A stretch of DNA of 64,000 nucleotides from the human T2T-CHM13v2.0 reference genome, Homo sapiens. Shown one piece after another: positions 55,791 to 64,000 of this stretch. Within the stretch, counting starts at the first letter, position 1; each line of letters opens with the position of its first letter. The notes beneath the pieces were generated by a model. The model was not told the origin of the DNA. It did no database searches and saw nothing but the letters and a program-made list of their open reading frames with translations. The DNA lies in NCBI RefSeq assembly GCF_009914755.1, contig NC_060935.1. One strand, given 5' to 3'. The translations under genes and the position numbers were made by a program.

Positions 55791-56472
55791 TTATCCCTAG
55801 CGGGATGTCAGGCCAGGTGCAACCGCACAAGGGACCCATATGGGCGCCATCGGCCAGCAGAGAGGGCTATAGAAGGCGCGGCAACAAAGAGGGGACGGGT
55901 GCCCCAGGAAACACACCCACCTGCCCCTCCCAACTGTGTCCAGCACTCCTGGTGGGCAGCAGACTCGGGGCAGTCGAAGTGGAACCAGCTCTGCCAATGG
56001 GAGCCTGGGGATCTGCAGTGGCCCCTGTGTGGGCTGGGAAGCTCCAGACTCATAATTGGGGACACGGTAGAACCCTTGGTCAAACTGACGCCCACCTCCA
56101 AGAGGAAGGCTTTCCAGGCAAATTCAGCAGGTGGAAGGGGCTGTGCGTCTCCACACCTTACGTGACCAGGTCACTTAGGGCTTACGAGACAGTGGCAAAA
56201 ATACAATTGTTCTCCCGCCAGGGCGGGACCCAGAATGAACTAACCCACAGCCTGAGAGGCAGGAGGGCAGCATGGAGTCATCCAGAATGTTTTCCTTCAA
56301 TGAAAGAATGAGGAGGGACCAGGAAACCAGGAGAAAATGAAAGTGCCACTGGAAGGGCTGTGGGTGGGGGGCGGGGACAGTGGAGTCATCAGGGAAATGG
56401 GCAGACCTCAGGTTCCCTCTCGTTTGAACGTGTGGGGACTTAGAAAACCTGAAGCCATCCAGAGAAGAATGA

Positions 56473-56901
<429 letters not shown>

Positions 56902-57002
56902 TGAGGCCGCAATTGCGTAATTTGAACTTTTGTGCAGCCTTATGAACTGATGCCTGGAAAAGACTTTGCCTGGTTTTCCTGTGCAAACATAAAAAGTGGT
57001 GA

Positions 57003-57392
<390 letters not shown>

Positions 57393-57893
57393 CAAACACA
57401 TTTTTTTTAAAGTGACACCTTTCCAGCAAAACGTTCAAGGTCCCGTGTTGACACAGCGCCTGTGAAAATCTGTCACAGGGGAGAGCAAAAGCAAACACAG
57501 CCTTTCTAGAGGTGCTGCAACCTTGGCTGTTCTGTAAAGGGCATGAAGAAGGGTGATCCCCCTTAATATCTCTGTGCCCCTAACCAAGGGCTGCAGGCTG
57601 TGCCCCCAGGATCTTGCAAGTCACATGAGAACTTTGTTGCGTGCTCTGGTAACGAGCCAGCCCAGAACCCAAGCAGCTCGTAGCAGCTTTAAAGCAATGA
57701 CATCGTTTATGTTTCTCTTTCACACCACATGGGTGTGGGGGGGTAGGAGGGACCTGGGCATATCTGCGGGGGGCTAGTGTGTTTGCGCTGCTCAGATGGT
57801 GGCTGCTCTGGGGTCATTTGAAGGCTTCCTCCCTCGTCTGATGGTGGCACTGTCTGCTGACTGGGACCTTAGCTGGGCTGTTGGCCAGAGCTC

Positions 57894-58270
57894 TGTTAAC
57901 TTAAAAATCACACAATCTGTAAATTTAGCAAAGGAGACCCTTCCATGTCTTGTAAAGGACTGCAGCCTGCAGGGTGCTCCTTTGGAGAGGCTGGGAAGCT
58001 TGGCCTCTGGTAGAGACTGGAAACTGGCACTTCAGAGGAGGAGGAGTTGGATGAGAATTTAAGCTGAATGGGTTGGCCCGGTATACATATTTAACAGGTT
58101 ACAAGGGGAGCCATAATATGTTTATAATTTGGTCTCTTATTACCACAAAGAGTCTGTTCCATCAGTCTCATGATCTCTATTTTAACATTAATGCTGGTCA
58201 CTCATGTCTAAACTGCGTAAAGGAATGGGTATAACGGGCTGTGTCTGACTTGCCATCTCCCCATGGTCAT
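57894..58270 (-). mobile_element. ERV1 LTR fragment (MER4/MER57 group)
   Basis: tgttaacttaaaaatcac...tatacatatttaacaggttaca...gatctctattttaacattaatgctggtca. Confidence 0.6.
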
Positions 58271-59170
58271 CTCTGACTCTGTGGCTGGCAGCTGTCTCTG
58301 CACATGTCTGCAGGGCTCTGCACTGGGTCCCCATGAGCAGAGTCAGTCCCAGCTCTTCCTCTCCAGGGTCTGGGTTATACAACTCAGCAGGAACATCCCT
58401 AAATCAGCTCACTCAGGAGGCTGGAGGTGGTGGCAGGTTCTCTCCCTCTGCCCGCCCCAGCCAGCAGCAGCTGCTCACTGTCAATCCCTAAAGGGGACCC
58501 AGAGGATGCCAGGAATGGGGATGGGGGCAGCCTGGGGAGCAGCCCCTCCCTCTCTGCACTGCAGATGCTAAACCCTGCTGGGAATCAAGGGGGTCTCACA
58601 CCCCACTGTCACTCTGGTTAATGAGCAATTTGCTGGAAATCAACTCCTCTGCCTTTGCTCTAGCCTATTATCTAGCAAATGAATAATTTTTGATCATTAT
58701 TGACAAATTTCTGAAGCAGCATTATTGGAGTGTTTAGTGACTCGGAGCTTACACTGTATGATGGCCTGTTACTCAACGGCAGCTCTGGGGTAGCTTTCTG
58801 CTGCAAAGTCAACTTTAATGGGCCTCAAAGCATCTGCCACAGGAAATGACAATACAGCCTTTGTGTATGTGCCTCCACCTGCCCCACCAAACCAGGTAAA
58901 TTGATGCCACAGTGGAGGACCCATGTGCTTATTTGGAATGAGAATAAGGTGGACTGGTAGAATTATCTAGAAGGAAAAAGTAGGGTTTAGTAAAGCCTTT
59001 AATTAGGTAGTGCTCTGTGCCACCAAGTCCATTATGATGAGTCAAACACACCCCTGTCCACAGAGTGAAGCCAAGGAGATAGTTGGTGTCAGGGCTCCCT
59101 GACAGCATCTCTTTCTGAAGACATGCACCTTAACTCCTAAACTTTGACCCCTGAGCAGCAGGTGGTCTTA

Positions 59171-59563
<393 letters not shown>

Positions 59564-59611
59564 TTACCCTCTGTCATCCACTCCGTGATGGTGTGCTTCC
59601 TGTGTACCAGG

Positions 59612-59819
59612 TGTGAACCCAAATATCTGAGACAGGCCTCAATCCATTTGGAAAGTTTATTTTGCCAAGGTTAAGGATGTGCGTGTGCCACAGCCTCAAG
59701 AAGTCCTGGTGACATATGCCCAAGGTGGTCGGTCAGGAACAGCTTGGCTTTAGGGAGCCATGAGACATCAATAGATACATGTATGACGTACATTGGTTCA
59801 GCCCAGAAAGGCAAGACAA
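59612..59819 (-). mobile_element. MER4A-type ERV1 LTR fragment
   Basis: tgtgaacccaaatatctgagacagg...gaaagtttattttgccaaggttaagga. Confidence 0.8.
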
Positions 59820-60019
59820 GGCACACCACACCCAGCTGTGCACACATCAGCAATCCAGGCAAGCTGTCCCCACTGTCGTTGAGCTCAGAGGCTCTCCGGG
59901 GAGGTGGACATTAAAGAAACGCTTAGACAAATAGGTCATTAAAATGGTGACAGACTCTCAAAGGCAAGATGCTAAGGCCAAGATTCTTAGATTCTAAGGC
60001 TTACAAAACCATGCAGAGT

Positions 60020-60310
60020 GCATCTACACTGGCTGTCCCCCCAAGTCTACTCCTATTCTCCTTATTCCTAATAACAAACAGATTTTCTTAGGGACTACCC
60101 CTCTATGGGGCAGACCTGGGATTGGGAGGGATGGCCCCTGCCCCCAGCTCAGGGTGGGCTCTGATGGGGATCACTGCTGTGATTGGTCAGTGCAGGGCAT
60201 GTGACTCAGACCTAAGCCAATCAGCACACAGGCATCGCCTCTCTGGTGCAGCAATTGATTGGTAGATAATCAGGGTGGACCTAAGAATTTGGTACAATGT
60301 TTGGGGATGG
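60020..60310 (+). mobile_element. LTR16/LTR33-type ERVL LTR fragment
   Basis: gattggtcag...gggcatgtgactca...taagccaatcagcac. Confidence 0.5.
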
Positions 60311-60838
60311 GGGACCTTTGTGGCCCAGCAAGGTTGGCTGCAAAAATTTGGTACAAATTTTCCCCAGTTCAAATGAAAATGAAGAGCCTTTGTTCAAAAG
60401 TCAGGAATAACGTGTTATAAAGCTATTGTAAGATAAACTTGTCACTGATTTCTTCCATTTCTCTCTTGATGTCCTATTTTTAGATTTGCAATGAATATCA
60501 TTCTAAATAAAGAAAAATTTAAAATTTAAATTATTCGTATAAATTGGTTTTAAACTCATGTATAAGATCATTGAACCTGTGTGTGGAATTGGAGAAATTA
60601 TACCATTTGTCTTTCATGGCTCACACCTGCACATGTATTGTGTTCTTGTAAGACAAAACAGCAGCTTTTCTTTTACTCCTCCAGATGCATACATTCTAAA
60701 CTCTCTACCTTCCACTTACTGGTGGGTAAGGAAGAAGTGAAAGGCGAGGGGACTTTTTCTTTCCTTCTGTGTCATAATTCTCAGCATTAATGGTTGGCTA
60801 TAACACAGAAATCACATGAGTAAGAAAGAATATGATGA

Positions 60839-61131
<293 letters not shown>

Positions 61132-61136
61132 GAATA

Positions 61137-61507
61137 TGATGGGTTGTTCCCCTCCACCACCAATTCATATGTTGAAGCCCTATCGCCCAGTGCCTCAGGA
61201 TGTGACCACATTTGGGTCTTTAAAGAGGCAAATAAGTTAAATTGAGGTCTTCAGAGTGGGTCCTAGTCCCACATGACTGTGTCCTTATAAGAAGAGAAGG
61301 ACTCAGACACACACAGAGGGTTGACCCTGAGAAGACATGGGGAGAAGGTGGCATCTACAAGCCAAGGAGAGAGGCCTCAGGAGGAACCAGCCCTGCGACG
61401 CTTTGATCTCGACTTCCACCCTCTACGACCGTGAGAGAAAAAGTATCCGTTGTTTGAGCTCCCCAGTCAGCAGTATTTTGTTACAGCAGCATGAGCTGAC
61501 TAACACA
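61137..61507 (+). mobile_element. MLT1B-type LTR
   Basis: aattcatatgttgaagccct...tgactgtgtccttataagaagag...tacaagccaaggagagaggcctcag...ctaacaca. Confidence 0.85.
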
Positions 61508-61572
61508 GACTCCTCAGTTGTTCTGGTTCTTATTTGTTTATTTTTCATCTTTTTTTCTTAATAAAAATAAAA

Positions 61573-61689
61573 CATAGAAATGGGGTCTTACTATGTTGCC
61601 CAGACTGGTGTGGAATTCCTGGGCTCAAGCGATCCTCCCACAGCCTCCCAAAGTGCCGGGATTATTGGAGTGAACTGCCATGCCTGGCC
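61573..61689 (-). mobile_element. FLAM / Alu left monomer
   Basis: Single reverse monomer. Confidence 0.8.
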
Positions 61690-62393
61690 TGTTCCTTTTC
61701 TTCGAGGGCCATCTTTCTGCATTTGAAGCAGGCTCTGACTTAAGTGGAAATGGCATCCTCCGGGGCTGTACCGCGTTTAGGCATTTGCGGACCTTACACA
61801 CTGGGCTTGCACTCTCTTGGAGTCTTGCTTAGTGACACTACAGGAGAACTGTGCAAGGCTGGTGAGCATACACCCAGCTTGAGCCTCCTGCCACAGACAC
61901 ACTCCACTGTCCCATTGGACTTCAGTTACAAGACACATGTTCAAAGATAGACTACTAAAAATGATAAGATGGTGACAGCAGAACATTAAACCAAAGCTGG
62001 GGCTGTTCCAAGCACAGGCCCCGTGTGACGGCAAGTGTTGTCCTGGGTCTAAGAAAGGAAGCACAGAAACCTCGTGCCCGGAAGGGGAGCCACAGCTCAG
62101 GGACAGAGCCGAGAAGCAGGGCTGAGCAGAGCTGGGGGAACCCAGGGAACACACCCATGGGGCACAGAGTGACCGCCCCTCCACACCTGCTCTGTGCTTC
62201 CAGCACCAGAGCCCTGTTGTTGGAAGCACTTTAGTCTCTCACTTATTGCAAAAGACTGACCTGATTCCCAGACCTCAGTCTCCCCATCCTGTGGAGTGGG
62301 GATATCAGGTGCCCACCCTGCCTGTCTGCTAGTGTAGAGGTGCTTCGTGAAAAGCCAGAAACTCAACAAAAATGTCAGAAATCATTGTGCATA

Positions 62394-63127
62394 CGAGATG
62401 GGAGAATTCCCTTGACCCCTTCGCTGGACTTTCGACAGGGGTGTGGCTCACTTACTCGCACTCAAACCCCTTCGGGAGGGGGAGCATGCAGGCAAGCAGG
62501 TGCTGGGGCTAGGGCGAGCGCTTTTAGGCTCTGGCACCCTGGCAGTGTCTAGGGGTGTGTTACAGTTAATGCCCTTTTAACAGTTGCCATCCACAGATAG
62601 CTAAATATTAACCAGCTCAATGGAGAGTCAGGGTGACAGTTTTTTACACCCTGCCCTCTTGGTACCCTGGTTCTTGTTCAGCATCCAGGAAGAATCAGGT
62701 CGCACGAATGGTTTGAAAGGTGATGAATGTGGAGGATTTTATTAAGCGGTGGAAATGGCTCTCAGCAGAAGGTGAGCTGGAAAGGGGATGGTGTGGGAAG
62801 AAGGTGATCTTTCCCTGAAGCCTGCCATCTTCAGCTGGGTTCGTCTCGGAAGCTGTGCCGTCTGAAGTTAAGCTGCATCTATCCGTAGTCTCTGATGTTC
62901 AGTTGCTTCTTCTCTCGATGTTCAGCCACTTGTCCTTCTGCCAGCTAAGGTCTGGGGTTTATAAGCACAGGATAGGGAAATGGGGCAGGCCAAAAAAGTA
63001 ACATTTGGGTGGGAAAACAGGGATAACTGTTCTCTTTTAGGGCTGAGGTTTCCAGGCTTGAGGGTGGAGCCTTTGCCGGGGAACTGCCTTTTGTTACCCA
63101 ATATTTCTCTGCCTTCTGTTCGTATCA
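62394..63127 (-). mobile_element. ERV1 solo LTR (LTR27/LTR28/LTR1 group)
   Basis: Minus strand starts TGATACGAACAGAAGGCAGAGAAATATTGGGT...CCCCGGCAAAGGCTCCACCCTCAAGCCTGGAAA; 4-bp TSD cata at 62390-62393 and 63128-63131. Confidence 0.85.
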
Positions 63128-63150
63128 CATATGCATAAAAACATAAACAT

Positions 63151-63460
<310 letters not shown>

Positions 63461-63752
63461 CATATCTTCATCATCAGATCATTCCTGTGATTGTCCAAAT
63501 TAACAGAGAAAGGTACTTCATAAAACAGCCCTTTTTTCTTCACACTGTAAGCAACCTGTTTCAGCTCCACAGGAAAGTCTTCTGCATGCTGATGTTGAAC
63601 ATCGATCCCCCTTCTTGGTGCACCTGGAGACCCCTAATTTCTTCCAGCTGCTGCACTCATACTGCCAGAAAGCAGCCAGAAAGGCTCTGTGATTTGGGAC
63701 CTGGAATCCTGGGTCAAAATTTCTTGGATCTGAAACCAAAAGGCCAAGACAG

Positions 63753-63870
63753 TAGTATTAGTTTTCTGGGGCTTTCTGACACAAACTGAGTGACTTAAAA
63801 CAATGGAAATGTACCCTTTTACCATTCTGGAGGCCAGCAGTCCACAGTCAAGGGTTGGTTCCTTCTCTGA
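63753..63870 (-). mobile_element. MLT1 LTR fragment
   Basis: gtattagtttt...cacaaactgagtgacttaaaacaa...ttctggaggccag. Confidence 0.7.
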
Positions 63871-63962
63871 GAGCTCCTGTTGCTCCGTTTGCATTCCCAG
63901 TGCTGGGATGAGAGCTCCTGTTGCCCCGTTTGCATTCCCAGTGCTGGGATGAGAGCTCCTGT
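63868..63962. repeat. 41-bp tandem repeat, 2.3 copies, at an MLT1/L1 junction
   Basis: tgagagctcctgttgc(t/c)ccgtttgcattcccagtgctggga at 63868, 63909 and (partial) 63950. Confidence 0.95.
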
Positions 63963-64000
63963 CGACCCACATCCTCACCAGCATTTGGTGCTGTTGCTGT

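Overview
Primate (almost certainly human) non-coding genomic DNA. The left end holds a ~2.2 kb CpG island (~1400-3700) with GC boxes, a strong CTCF motif, a minus-strand TATA box and two minus-strand splice donors, so it is probably the promoter and non-coding first exon(s) of a gene transcribed leftwards out of the window (unverified recollection: TNS3, 7p12). The remaining ~60 kb is upstream/intergenic sequence made mostly of interspersed repeats: about 35 Alus, old L1/L2/MIR pieces, MaLR/ERVL/ERV1 solo LTRs and DNA transposons. These include a full-length Tigger1 carrying five nested insertions and an apparently full-length ~8 kb L1MA with its target-site duplication (TSD) still visible. 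I find no credible host protein-coding exon; the ORF track is explained by GC-richness, Alu/L1/Tigger remnants and tandem repeats. I do not see a clearly new biological system. The best leads are: a local 278-bp inverted duplication of an MLT1C/Alu junction; a miR-1302-like hairpin in a split MER53; an LTR10-family solo LTR with p53-type half-sites; a 10-bp-phased CAGGTR E-box array near the promoter; and several template-switch or tandem-duplication scars. Subfamily names come from recalled consensus sequences and need RepeatMasker/Dfam confirmation; the boundaries of old repeats are approximate.
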